Part shown: piece by piece, positions 48,964-61,827 of the stretch
Numbering within the stretch: position 1 is the first letter of the stretch
Layout: every line of letters begins with the position of its first letter
DNA from: Camelus dromedarius
Taxonomy: Eukaryota
Length of the DNA: 64,000 nt
NCBI RefSeq assembly: GCF_036321535.1
Contig: NC_087436.1
Span: forward strand, 45,882,001 to 45,946,000
Direction: 5' to 3'
The notes under the pieces: model-generated
What the model was told of the DNA's origin: nothing
Database searches by the model: none
What the model saw: the letters and a program-made list of their open reading frames with translations, nothing else
Made by a program: the position numbers and the translations under genes

Positions 48964-49640
48964 GATAGCATAGGAGAAATGACTTTAGACATGGCGATGA
49001 CTTTTTAGATACAACACCAAAAGCACAATCCATGAAAGAAATAATTGATAAGCTAGACTTCATTAAAATTAAAAACCTCTGCTCTGCAAAAGATAATGCC
49101 AACCAAATAAGAAAACAAGCCACGGACTGGGAGAGGTTAGGGGTAGGTAGGAATGAGGCAGCAGAGCAGAGAGGATTTTGGGGCCGTGGAAGTACTCTTT
49201 ATGAAACTACAATGGTAACAATATGTCATTATATGTTTATCAAAACCCATAAAAAGTACGACACCAAGAGCGAAACCTAATGTAAACTGTGGACTTTGAG
49301 TGATGATGATCTGTCAATGTAGGGTCATGGATTATAGCAAATGTTCCACCCCGGTGCTTGACAGTGGGGGAGGCTTTGGGAGAGCGGCAGGCGTATGGGA
49401 ACTCTGTACTCTGCTCAGTCTTGCTGTGAACCTAAAACTGCCCTGAAAGCAGTCTACTTAAAAAAAAAGAAGAAAAAAGAAACAAAAGAGTTAACAGCCA
49501 TACGAGAGTACACACTTGAGTTCATGATTTTCAGGTCCACTTCTTCTTAACCCAGTAATGTCAGATTAAGCATTCAAGATGCTAAAATGAAGTCTTAAAA
49601 TTTGTCTAAAAAGGATACACGAGACTAAAATCCCTGATGA

Positions 49641-49795
49641 GGGGAGGGCATAGCTCAAGTGGGAGAGTGCATGCTTAGCATGCATGAGGTCCTGGCTTCA
49701 AGCCCCAGCACCTCCTCTGAAAATAAACAAACAAACCTAATTCCCTACCCCCTCAACAAGAAATTAAAAAAAAACCCTAAAGATTAAAAAAAAAA
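49641..49795 (+). mobile_element. tRNA-Ala-derived SINE (vic-1-like), MCUB intron 4
   Basis: GGGGAGGGCATAGCTCAAGTGGGAGAG...; TSD aaaatccctgat at 49627-49638 and 49796-49807. Confidence 0.9.
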
Positions 49796-49979
49796 AAAAT
49801 CCCTGATAGACAACTTCTACTGATTATTTACACCCTTGCCGGAAAAGTTTAACCTCTGGTTCTTCACAGCCCTCTTGGTCATTTGGCTAGCTAAAAAGAT
49901 TCTCAAGATAAGCTGGCTGCCTGAAAAAGGCCCAGGTTTAGCTAAAGGGAGGTATTAAGATAGTTGCTGCGTCTCTTAC

Positions 49980-50084
49980 CTTTCTTGGGGCACTGCACAT
50001 CATATGTTATTTTATTAATGACAAGTTTAAAATCATTCATTAGCAAAACTTCCATCAAGGTTGAAGCTGCAATTTCACTGCCAT
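49980..50084 (-). CDS. MCUB: MCUB exon 4
   Basis: Minus: ttttcag|ATGGCAGT...AAGAAAG|gtaaga; (D)GSEIAASTLMEVLLMNDFKLVINKITYDVQCPKK. Not in the ORF track. Confidence 0.94.
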
Positions 50085-52115
50085 CTGAAAATGAAAAAAA
50101 TATGTCCTTGTTTTAGAACAGTAAGAACCTTTTCCCAGCGTATAGAAACGTACTTGCTAATCCAGGTCTTTACAGTACAGTAGTGGACACTGGCCTTTGG
50201 GAGGGGGTCCCCAATACTGCTCCCACTGGGAGGCATCTTTCCTTGTTGCTCCACTGCTCACGACACTAGACCAAGGAGAACAGGCATGTGCTCTCTCTCC
50301 CACTCTGTCAGCTGGGCTGGGATCCAGACTGATGCCTCTGGCGAGACCCTAACTGCAGACAGTTATGCACAAATTCCGGGGAGGTGGGAACTCTTCACAG
50401 CAAGGCCAGAGCAGTGGAGGTGGCAGCTGGTGGTGGGAGGGGGTCAGCAGCAAAGCCCATCAGGCCATCCCAGGCTAACCTCTTTACTCCACTCCTCCTT
50501 CAGCTCCTGCCCTCTTCTGAGTACCAGACCCTTCTGTCAGTTCCAACCAGAGAGCCTGCTGACATCCCCCTGCTTAGCCAGAGTCCATGTCTGATTGGTA
50601 TGTGAAGGCATACAGGCAGGAGTAACATTTTTAAAAACCTACCTTTCTCTTATTTTTAATTACCAGAGGTGACTGATGTGTGTTAGCTAAAACCTGGAAG
50701 CCAAACAGCACCACAAACCACCACCACACAGGGCTCCCTCCTTTTCCAGCTCAGGAAAGATAAAAAGGCAAAACTGTGAGGGGGGTAGGTGGCTGGGATA
50801 GTAACGAACATAATTAAACCTACGGAGTGAATATGCCTTTGTGTGCTGTATTTTATGGAGGTGGAGAGAGGTAGGAGAGATTCTACTAATAATTACAAAT
50901 ACCTTAGGAACATTTCAGGAAAAAAAAAAACTAGGAAAATTTCAAAGTCAGTGTGCACTTTGCACAGCTTCTGATATAGCCTAGTTTTTGTTGCTGTATT
51001 TTTGAGCTTTAATATAACCCAGGTGTTAAGAAAGCAAACTCACTGAATAAGCAACAAACTGGCATTGGTAGGGGTTTCTCCATAATTGTTCTTTCAGAAC
51101 AGACTACATATACACACACTATGTATACTATACAACTATGTGATATAAAGCCCAGGGTGGGTATTTTCGCCTGGCCTGGCACAAGCTTGGCTACATGTAA
51201 CCAGAGCTGTTTCAGCTACATTAATATGCATGACAGCAGGCACACTGCTAGTAAAGTCAGGAAGAACCTGGTTGCCGGCCTCCTGTCTGGCGCTTGGCAG
51301 TTCTTTTGTTCCAAAAGGCAGCAAGTCAAGTCTGCACCTGGGTCTGTTCCTAGAATTTCGCTGTTTGGGTTCCCGTTCATCAGCTGGGGTGAGATCATCT
51401 TCCCAGGAACTGCCAAATAATTCAGCCCACACTATGGGCAAAACTGTGATAAGCTTAGAACACTCTTTTCAAGCCCCAATTACATGCAGGCAAATTCCAC
51501 CCACAGAGCCTCTTTTTAAGACAATCAGCAAAACACCAATCGTTTTTATCTGACTTTGCAAGTGTCATTTAAAAATTTACATTTAAATGACTTCAAATCT
51601 GCTCCTTAAAATAGTACTATGAAAAGAAATCACCTGAGTATGATTTGTCAGTTGAAGTACTACATTATCCTTCACACTGTATGGGAACAGCAAGAGATTG
51701 ATATGAAACACTTTTCAAGAGCTAATGATAGTGATGAATTTTTCACCTATTCTTGGGCAGATACTGATATAAACTCCAATAAAGTGTTTTCACTCAGTCT
51801 GAAGAGCCCCTTTTCTCTAAGATTTCTAGTGTTTTCCTTTGTGTTTTATGTTTCTAAGCTACTCAAATTATTTATTAGAAATAAACAGGGTACACGTCAA
51901 TTTTTAACCTCTCTGATTTCATTCACTTAACCAACAGGCGGTGAGCGCATTCTCCAGGCAAGCACTGTGCTTCAGTGCCCTTCTGATTCTGGGTGTGCAT
52001 CCGCCTGCTCTCAGAAGTTGAGGAAGGCAGGCCCTGCCCTGTAGGGAAGGTCCAGGGGACGTCCAGTGTTCCTGACGTCATGGATGAAGTTTTAGGACAT
52101 CATGGCCATACAACT

Positions 52116-52514
52116 TATTGCCAAAAAATTAATCAGTCGATCTTAGAAAGAAAAGGAAAATTTTACTTGAGCCAGATTTGAGGATTATAACCCAGGAAGA
52201 GCATCTCAGGAAGCTCTGAGAACTAATTAGCCTGTTAGAAGCCAAGGCACAGTTAGCTAAGTTTGAGACAGAGGGCTGTACATTACATGACGTCTACAGA
52301 ATTCAGATCTACGCCTCATTACAAGATCTTTTAGGGAGCTGTCTTGTTGATGCTCTTATGGCCGAGCAGGTTTTCCTGCCGCTGGGAGAGGTTTGTTGGG
52401 TGAATAAGGCAGATACACAATGCACAGTGGGGACAGAGGAGGCCAAAGGGCAGACAAATTTTTTAATGTTCAAATTTTCCTTGTCTTGATATAAAATGTA
52501 TTTTTTATTTCATA
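52116..52514. mobile_element. Solo LTR, ERV1-like
   Basis: Decayed TG/CA ends (tattgcc...ttcata), 4-bp TSD aact, LTR-like text ggattataacccaggaagagcatctcaggaagctctgagaac. Confidence 0.55.
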
Positions 52515-52949
52515 AACTAAAACTTTATTCTCTGATCAGGGTTTTACCAGGAAGAAACATCCCTTCCAGTTAAATCCAGAATCCTTACAATAACCTACTT
52601 TACAAAACCTAGGGCTTTCCCTGATGTCCCTCCCTTCCTACTTGCTCCCACCTCAGGGCCTCTGCCTGGAGAGCTCTTCTCCCACTCACCTCTTTTCTCA
52701 TCTCTCCCAGGTCTGTATTCAGATGCGACCTTAGTGAGCATCTCCCTCCAACACACACACTCCCATGCAGCCCTCCCCTACTGCTCTGCTTTATTCTTCT
52801 CTGCGACACTTATCATCTAACATAGTATATATGTCATTTCTTTCCCTTGTTTCTTTCTCCTCTTAAACATAAAAACTCCTGCTCTTATGGAGCTTGTAAC
52901 TTTACTGTGCTTTGTTCTACTTCTAGTATCCAGAACAGTGCCCAGCATG

Positions 52950-53247
52950 TGTTAATGTAAAAGATTACACACAAACTCGATTAAACACAGTCAGGAGGCC
53001 AGAGGGGGCGCCCTCACAGCCCGGGAGGATAGCAAAGCCCAATAGAAGGAGGAGGGCTCCTCTTCCCCAGCATGCTACCTACCGTCCTCCCAACTGCCTT
53101 CCCCTATATAAAAGCGGTCTCCTTCCCTTGCCCTGCGATCTTCACACGTGCTATGGTTGCAGATCCTGAATACAATTCTCCACTGATCTGGAATAAACCC
53201 ATCTTTGCTGGAGAAATACCCAGCAGTCCATTTATTTCAAGTCAACA
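52950..53247 (+). mobile_element. Solo LTR (MER34-like) inserted in an L2 3' end
   Basis: TGTTAA...TCAACA; TATATAAAA at ~53105; ggaataaacccatctttgctggaga poly(A) region; L2 text on both sides. Confidence 0.6.
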
Positions 53248-53557
53248 TTTGTTAGGTGTTCAATAAATATCTGTTGAGTTTTCTAACTTCTGTATCTATT
53301 CCTTAATTGGTCCTGCACTTGGACAGGGAAGAAGAATGTTTTATTTCCTTTTCAGAACTGTAATAGTAATCATTAACTTTTAAATAAGTTTATTCTAAGC
53401 ATGTAATACTCCAATGAAGAGTGCAAACTTATTTATCTGTGTTTGTAGCCTCTGGATGCTGGGCTGGGGTAAAGAATTCTTTATTCTGTCTTAGGGGCAA
53501 CAGGACCTGCTTTTATGTCCTCAGACCACAAGGACAAAAACAATATCCTAAATTTTA

Positions 53558-53810
53558 TTGTACTTATTTATTTTTTTGTTTTTTAAATTTTTTAAAATTT
53601 AAGTGTAGTCAGTTTACAATGTGTCAATTTCTGGTGTACAGTATAATGTTTCAGTCATTCATATACATACGTTCCTTTTATTTTTCATTATAGGTTACTA
53701 TAAGATATTGAATATAGTTCCCTGTGCTATACAGTATAAACTTGTTGTTTATCTATTTTATACGTAGTAGTTACTATCTGCAAATCTGAAACTCCCAATT
53801 TATCCCTTCC
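53558..53810 (-). mobile_element. 5'-truncated L1 3' UTR with 15-bp TSD
   Basis: Same family as 4145-4440; TSD atatcctaaatttta at 53543-53557 and 53847-53861. Confidence 0.85.
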
Positions 53811-54199
53811 CTTTATCCTAAATATATCCTTCTCTATATCCTAAATATATCCTAAATTTTAAATGTCTATGTGATTAACCACCTCTGTTAGTATTAAAAC
53901 TATATACATATTCTTCCTGAGAACTAATTCTGTCAAAAACCACACTAGACCATAATCACTTTATAACAAAGATTAATAAACTATTTGTGTATTTTATTCA
54001 CTGGCTATCTAATCACTGAACTCATTTTTCATTTTCTAATTATCCAAATTTTGCTGAAAACTAGATGCTAATGACTGTGTCATTAAAATTTTCTCAGAGG
54101 AAAATTTTGGGGCTAAGTTTATGAAATAAGTAACTAAAACATGCATTAAACTTATTCCATTTATTTTTTATTCAATAGAGTTAATTCTTTTTGACAACT

Positions 54200-54331
54200 T
54201 TTTTGGGGAGGGGGTGGGGGAGGTAATTAGAATTATTTATCTATTTATTTTTAGAGGAGGTACTGGGGATTGAACCCAGGACCTTGTGCATGCTAAGCAT
54301 TCACTTTACCACTTGAGCTATCCCCTACCCC
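54200..54331 (-). mobile_element. tRNA-Ala-derived SINE (vic-1-like), MCUB intron 3
   Basis: ggaggtactggggattgaacccaggaccttgtgcatgctaagc...cacttgagctatcccctacccc. Confidence 0.9.
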
Positions 54332-54500
54332 TTATTTATTTATTTTTTTTGTTACATTACTGATGTAGAAAAATGAAGGACTCTGAAGGCCAACCATTTA
54401 TCATACAGTGAATTAAAAATCAACTTTTGAGAAAAGTAAAGAATCAAAACAAAGTTTCAGAAGAAGAAAAAAGGGCAAAATTGAAAAAAAATATATATAC

Positions 54501-54671
54501 CTGCTGTGAAGATGGCAGCAGTTTTGATACCTTTGTCTTCATTTTGTAGGTCCTGAAGAAATGAACCAACTGTTGATAACATTGGTTTCACTACAAACTG
54601 ACAGCGCTCTTTTCTGGATGGCAAAGTAAGTGTTATCAAGGGAAGACCATGTCTATAATTAACTGTGATTT
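54501..54671 (-). CDS. MCUB: MCUB exon 3 (N-terminal domain)
   Basis: Minus: ctaacag|AAATCACA...ACAGCAG|gtatat; (E)ITVNYRHGLPLITLTLPSRKERCQFVVKPMLSTVGSFLQDLQNEDKGIKTAAIFTA. Confidence 0.96.
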
Positions 54672-55165
54672 CTGTTAGAAAAAAAAAAAAAACGATGATA
54701 ATAGAGTAATGGATAAAACTTACTTAAAAAAATTTTACAATATAGATTCTAGAAGGAATGCCTAAATATGGAATTTATAACCCTTTGAAATCCTGTAATA
54801 ATTTACATTGCTCCTATTTAGTGCCTTCATTATACTAGTTCACATATTCCCCACCATACTATAACATTTTATTAACCACATACTACACTTTAATATTTTA
54901 ATTATCTGCTTAGAGTCTTCCCAGGTTAAAATGGATGGATGGTAGAAACTGCTTCTAATTCATCTGTAACTCCTTTGATCTTTGGGGTAGGAGTTTGCCA
55001 AAAGACACTGGAGATCTTATGGGAGCAGAAAAGGAAGGAACTGAACTCTGAGGGCAGGGTGTGGGAAGAACAATGCAAGAAAAGTCTCTTTTGCACGAAA
55101 TACCCCTCTCACTTTATTTGGAAGAACAGAAATAGCCGAGGAATCAAAGTGATAAGAAAGCTTAC

Positions 55166-55241
55166 CATCAGGTGGCACCACTGTACTATACAGATTTGAT
55201 TGATAGTATTTCAGATTTCCACACAGTTTCACACACAAAAT
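55166..55241 (-). CDS. MCUB: MCUB exon 2
   Basis: Minus: cttacag|ATTTTGTGT...CCTGATG|gtaagc; ILCVKLCGNLKYYQSNLYSTVVPPD. Confidence 0.9.
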
Positions 55242-55402
55242 CTGTAAGAAAAAAAAGATTATTTTTTTCTTTCAGAAAAAGTAGGGAGGCTGAATGAAAT
55301 AAATGTCTTTACCGGAAGCTTCTTTTAATGTTGTATGAGGACGAAAACTTCAGCGTCCCACGCACTCCCAGGTGAGCCCTTAGAGACGCTCACTAAACCC
55401 TT

Positions 55403-55610
55403 CGGTGTTGCCCCGTATGGTAGCCACGAGCCACGTGTGGCCATTTAAAGTTAAATTAAAATTAAGTAACATGAAAAATTCCGTTTCTCACGGTCACCTT
55501 TGCCACATTTCAAGCGCTCAACAGCTCCGTGCCTAGTAGCTACCACACTGGACAGCACAGGAACAGAATCGTCCATCATCACAGAGAGCTCCACCCGGCA
55601 GCGCCGCTGG
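55403..55610. mobile_element. MER3-like hAT DNA transposon
   Basis: tatggtagccacgagccacgtgtggcc...gccacatttcaagcgctcaa...ctggacagcac. Confidence 0.7.
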
Positions 55611-56530
55611 GTCTAGAACACGTGAATGGCTGCCTTACCATGGAACGTTATTTTTAGGGTTTGTAGTGGTGTTTGTGTTTACAATGATCTTGGTGTGTAA
55701 GGAAGACCAAATGACACCACGGTGAGATACTGTGTGAAGAGACTGTGGTGGTAGAGAGAAAGGGAACTGAAGAACCGGTTCAGAGGCATTCAGAACTCAG
55801 AAAGAACTTGTCCCAGAGGAATTCCTACCACACTCACAACACGGTAGCTGTTTCACATTGATCCATTTTTTTCACGTCTCACCTTGCAAAAAGTTTATTA
55901 ACAGTAAGTTTGCCAGTAATTATGCAATGAAAAATTCTTTTATAAATTGTATTTTTCAAGCTTTCATTTATGTAAGGGTGCCCTATTAAAATAATAAATC
56001 AGTAGTTACAAATGTGTTCACTGATATGAAAAATAAAACAAAGACACTGATTCTCATATGATGTTCCAGTATGCTCAAAATCAAAACAAGCTCATCATTC
56101 AAATGTGTATTTCTGGTATTAAACACAATAGAGGCAACTGGTTTCAACAAAATATCGCCTGTGACATCAATATAAAGTTGGTCATTTGAATTTTATTTCT
56201 AAAAATATAACTCATTACTAAAATGAGAAGGAAAAAAAGCTCATTATTTCTTAAAATAGATGATGCAACTCTCAATGAGTGAAAACACGCAGGCGTTCCA
56301 GGTGCGGATGAGGGCTCTTACAGCGCTGTGTATTACTTTTAGTGAAACTGAGAAAAACGTATCCACGTGAAAATACATCAGAACTGATTCTCTACCAAAA
56401 TACTTTAAAAAAATGTAATGATATAAATTGTTCTCCGTGTATAAAAGTATAATTTAAACATGTAGAGGGTAACAGTTAAAGCCCCTCCCTTTTCTTCTCC
56501 ACAATCGCACAACTTTCCCAGAGATAATCA

Positions 56531-56970
56531 CCGTAGTGGTGACTCTCCTTGACCAAACTTTAGTCGGGCTCCTCTGAGCCTGACTAAACCCCGTCCCTGT
56601 GCATGCCCTCCAGGAGCCCAGTTTTAGCAAGAATGTGGTCACATTGGTTTAGCTAGAATCCCCCATCCTCAATATCTGATCAAGTTCCTTACCCTCCGCC
56701 ATTCCCCAGGTATTATCTGATCATCCCAGCCTGCCTTCAACAAGAATCCTGCTAGGTCAGCTTGGCAAAGAATCACCCCATCCTTAGTCATTTCCCATCC
56801 ACTGATACCCACCCTAACTACTGCTCTTGGATATAAATCCCCACTGTTCTGTTGTCTTCAGAGGTGAGCCCAATCTCTCTCCCCTACTGCAAACTCCCAC
56901 TGTAGCAGCGCCCTTGAAAAAAGCCTACCTTAAATTCCTTAATAAGTGTCAGGAGTAGTTTTTCCTGAAC
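56531..56970 (+). mobile_element. Solo LTR (MER39-like ERV1)
   Basis: ctctccttgaccaaactttagtcgggctcctctgagcc...ggatataaatccc...; boundaries approximate. Confidence 0.55.
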
Positions 56971-59900
56971 GGTGTGTATCCTTCCAGACTTTTCCCTATG
57001 TATTACGACCTTTACATGTGAGTTACATTTTATGCTTGAATCTGCTAAAGACAGTTTATATAAGTCAAGTTCCTAGGTACCAATGATGGTAATTCCTGAT
57101 CATAAAGTACGTATTGTTTAATGTGCTGATGAAGTCTCTGCACTACTATTGAGGAAATCATTTTAGAGGCAACCACTTGACAACTAGGACATGTTGAAAG
57201 AGGGCAGAGTGGCCGGAGAGAAATACCAGAGCTCCTCACGCTCCTGCACCTAAGAGTCACCGGGAAATGACAATACTGTCCACTGGACAGACAGGGCTTG
57301 GTAAAACAGATTTCTTTTGCTGTACACCTGAAACTAACATTGTAAATCAACTACCCTTTTATGAAAATAAGAATTAAAAAAAAACCCCACAGATTCCTGG
57401 ACTCCACACCCAGAGATTTTTGATCTAATAAGTCAAAGGAAGAGGTGTGAGAATCTGCATTTTTAATAAGCCCCAGGGTTACACTGAAGTTACAGGTGTA
57501 AGGACCACTTTTGAGCAGCTGGGTTCTAGCAGACCCTCATGGCCTTCAGGACACTATTTCTAAATTTCTGCATAGAATCATTTTGAATTCCGAATTTTAG
57601 ACCTGGGACAAGGGTTACTGCCTTCAAATGATACTTGGTATCAGGTCAAAAGATGACCTAGGCTTTCCTTTTATCACGTATTTTTCCTAAATACAATTCT
57701 AATCACTCCACACCCTTAAAACCCTTGAGACTTCACCAGCTTACATAAAGTAGAGAGAATAGTGAGCCCCGAGTTGAAAAGACTGGGATTCTAAACTCAG
57801 TTCAGCCATTCAATAGCAGGAGGCCACAGATAAGTCACAGGACTGTGCCTTCGTTCTCTCAGGAGTTAGGTGGGGGTAACAACATCCATCTTGCGGAGCT
57901 GCTACAAGGTTAAACAAAACAAAGCACTAAGGAAGCCTAAAGATACCATCTGTGAGCCCAGCATGCGCAGTGTGAGCCGACCCATCCTACAGCTCTATCA
58001 CTTACTATTCCCTTACAGCGGGAACTCGGGCCCCAGCCCAACCAGCTGAGTGCCATTGACCAACTAAAGTGCCTTCTTCACCCACTTCTGCCTAACACCA
58101 AGCCCAGCTCAAATGCCACTTCCTCTTGAGGTTTTCCTGTGGGGCCAGGATCGTCCAGTGGGAAGAGCACAGGCTTTGCTGTCAGAACCAACACGGAAGC
58201 CCAGCTTCAAGATATACCAGCTACTGTACTCTTTGACAGGCAGAGGAGGGTTCGGGAAGAAATGGGTTGTGAGAAAAAGAAGGGGACAAGTTTGACAGTT
58301 AAAAAAAAAAAAAAAGGAAGCAGGGCTATAGTTAGAAGAGGGGAAACATTAATACAGGAGAGATCTGTTTGAGCATCAAAGGAAAAGGGAGTCAAGTGTT
58401 AGTAGAAAGGAGACGTATCATAGTCACGTTTTGGGGCCAACTGACGAGATCTGATTGCTTCTAGAGCTTTGTCACATTATAGATTAAAAATATTAATAAA
58501 ACAAAGATGTAATTTCCATTTAAGACGGTGTAAATGAACACCTAATGGGCACCTCTGCTCCATGTTCAAAACCAACACATGGGTCTCCCTGTACCAAAAA
58601 CAAGAGAGAAACAATGTGATCAGCAAGGCTCAAGTAAGTGGAGAGTTGGCCAGGGTCCAGTTCTGGGTCTGGCAGAAAAAGCATTCAATAGAAAGTGGTG
58701 CATCGTCTACAGCACACTTTTTCAAGTTATCACTTTCTAGCCCTGTTCACTGGTTTGGAGCCATTCTGGAACTGTCTGTAAATTGAAGGTAACTGACAGG
58801 TATATAGGCTTTGTCTAATCTGGTAGTAATCTAATTGACCCCCCCGACCCCAAACACCATGTTTTATCTCTATCTGCAATTCAGTTTAAATTATTTTCTC
58901 CATATAAATTTGTGCTGTTTTGATTTTCCTTTTAACTGGGATATAGTATCTGCCTAGTTCCTTCATATCATGAGAGTAAAATAAGTTCTTTAATGCATGT
59001 TTATTCGTATAACTGTATGAGAATCATATTTTTACCATTTCCCCCAAATTACCTTTAAATAGTCCAGAGCAGAAGTAACAGAGTTTATTGTAAGAAATTT
59101 TAAACCATTTTTTTGTGTGTGTGTTAAAATGAGTGAAAAGCTAAACAAGATTTGGTATGTTATACTCAGTGAATTCTTAGAACATGTGAAGATCCTTGTC
59201 ATGTTCAGAAGGAAGACAATGATAATGAGAAACTTAAGAGTTTGTCAAACACTTAAAGGAAACCATTCAATCTACAGTTTTTAAAGTGGTAGAAAAAAAA
59301 TAGAACTTTTTCAAGGAGAGTAGAAGAATAAGCAAAAGCCCTATAGAAACCAGAAAACTTAAAAAAAATATATATATATATATTAAGAGCCATTGTGGAA
59401 AACTTGTTAAACAGGGAAAACAAGCATCCACAATCTCAACCTCTGACTTATTTTATGCTGGTCTTTTCGTAGATATATACACTCATATAATCATAGAGTT
59501 GAGAGCTGATCATTAATGTTTTATAAGCATTGACCTAACTCATTAAAAACTTCTCATAAACAAAATAATTTAAATAGTTCCACAGCCACTTATCCTACAG
59601 ATAAAGATAAAACAGAATTTATTATTTACCTATTGCTGGACATTTCCATTATATACACTACTTTACAAAGTTTTTCCTTGCACGCTCATTTTAGAAAATC
59701 TATCACAGACTCTCAAAAAGAAGATAAGTCACCAGTAGTGCCATCACCTAGAATCATCACAGTGAACACTGACGTACACCTTCCAGTTTATTTTCTATGC
59801 ATATCATATTTAGTTTTTCACCATTACAACTAAATTGATTCTACACATCTTTGCACATGAATCTTTGCATTTTCTTTTCTTTAGGGTAGACTGGATCATA

Positions 59901-61224
59901 AAGCAGTAATAGTTTTAGGATCCTAATAATGTATTATCAAACTTCTTTGGGGAACATTTTTTTTTCATATTGTTTAACAGAACCCCAAATTATTAGGAGT
60001 TTGAACCCAAATAAGCAAATCTTAAGGTTCAGAATCGAAGGATAACAGATACAGTTGGGCATCCTTGGAGCAACCAGGCTCACCACCCCCAGACAGGCTG
60101 ACCAGATGTCTTCAGTGGGACAGCCCACAGGTACCTCCTGAGCTAAACTGTCTTGGTCTTCCAGGAACCTGATCTTCTCCTTCAGTCCTTGTCTTGATGG
60201 ACTCACACCACTAATTACCAGTCATTCGAACTAGAGGCCTAAGAGTTATCCTAAACAACTAATATTCCATAAAACAACTGGTAGACCATTAGTTACAAGT
60301 GAACTGTCACTGAGGCCTACTAGTTCTAATTCTTACAGAGCCCCCAACTCCATCCTCTCCCCTCTGTCTCCACCTCTGCTGCCCTAGTTCAGATCCTTAC
60401 CATCTCATCTAGATCACTGTAACTGCTTCCGAACTAGCCTCTCCCACCAATCCATTCCAGGTTAAGATCCAACTTTCTAAAATCACATAAAGTCAAACTA
60501 TTTCTAGATTTAAAAACCTCCATTTGTTCTCCATTGCAATGAGAAACAATACCAAAGACAACTTTCCATGAGCTGATTCTTGCCACTTCTCCAGCCTCAC
60601 CTTATCATCACTAGCACTGCCCACCACCCAACCCTCTATTTCAGATTGGCGGGGTGTAGTGCAGTGTCTTGACTGTGGCCCACTGCTGCCTGCTTCCATG
60701 TCTTTGCACTTATTCCTGTCTCTGCCTGCAAAGCCCTGCCCAGTGTACCCACCTTGCATGGCCAACTCGACTCTCTCATCTTCCCACCATAAAACCTACA
60801 GAACTCCATCTGTCCTCACCATCACCTCCTTCCATCCTACTGAAATCAAGTGACCTTCCTTTTCAAAGGCCAACCCCTCCTCAGGTGCTCGCCGTCTTAT
60901 ATACCTCAAAGCTTTCTCAAAATCTTAGCTTCCTCTTAATCACTGCCTCTCACACTCTACACATTCAATATATCAGCAGGCAAATATGCCCTAATCATTC
61001 TCATCTTTAAGAAGTGCAAAACTTCCATTAACCACATATCCCTTCAGTTACTGTCCTGTTCATATGTTCTCCTGAAAAGTTTGTCTACACTGGTTCAACC
61101 TCAACTCCCATTCGTGCTTTGTTTTTTAAATACTTTTTTCCTTCCAGTTTCACTGAGATACAACTGACATACAGTGCTGTGTAAGTTTAAGGTCCCGATT
61201 CACTCTTCAACACACTACCAATGA

Positions 61225-61450
61225 GGGGGGAGGGGCAAGACAGGGGTAACAACCTATTTTAAGAGGTACAAACTACAATGTATAAATAAGCTGTAAGGAT
61301 ACATTGTACAGCATAGGGAATATAGCCAGTATTTCTTAGTAACTATAAGCAGATACTATAACCTTTAAAAAATTGTGAATCACTGTGTTGTACACCTGAA
61401 ACCCATGTAATATTGTACATCAACTATACCTCAATAAAAAAAAAAAAAAC
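61225..61450 (+). mobile_element. L1 3' UTR fragment
   Basis: gtacagcatagggaatatagccag...tgtacacctgaaac...caactatacctcaataaaaaaaa. Confidence 0.8.
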
Positions 61451-61748
61451 CAATATACTACCCAACAGGCTTCTATCGCTAGCCCCTCAATTCTGCAGCC
61501 AAACTGCTCCTGAGGTCCAGACCAGGACATCCAAATACTTGACTAACATCTCCCCTTACATAATCACACACGTCTGAAAGTGAGTTTATCCAGAACAAAA
61601 CTCTTGATTTCCCCCTGAAACCTCCTCCTCTTCTTTCTCTGCAATAACTGATCCACCATCTCCTTGGCTGCTTAAGTCAAACCCAGGGGTCATCTTGAGC
61701 CTGTCAATTCCATCAAGCCATCCATTCTACCTACAGTTTATCCATTTT

Positions 61749-61827
61749 CCTTTTTTTTGTTTTTTTTGTTTTTTTTTGTTAACGGGGGTACTGGGGATTG
61801 AACCCAGGATCTCATGCATGCTAAGCA
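61749..61827 (-). mobile_element. 5'-truncated tRNA-derived SINE
   Basis: Poly-T followed by gggggtactggggattgaacccaggatctcatgcatgctaagca. Confidence 0.75.

Larger units (their letters stand above)
44040..49480 (+). mobile_element. Old L1M (L1MC-like) remnants with nested insertions
   Basis: ORF2 peptides: [23 protein letters not shown] (46757..), KHLGINLTKYVHNLYEENYKTL (47996..), KLDFIKIKNLCSAKD (49032..); tttgctcgcagatgacat (FADD) at ~47845; A-rich tail at ~49460. Confidence 0.9.
37092..55241 (-). other. MCUB: MCUB (CCDC109B) gene, partial span (coding exons 2-8; exon 1 beyond window end)
   Basis: Seven exons (76, 171, 105, 161, 204, 117, 78 nt) splice in frame. The pore motif reads [15 protein letters not shown], with the W/V residues that distinguish MCUb from MCU ([15 protein letters not shown]). 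Confidence 0.96.

Noticed and set aside
46274..49280. ORFs with reverse transcriptase/endonuclease-like peptides
   Set aside because: Fragmented, frameshifted old L1 ORF2; not an active element or a domesticated gene.
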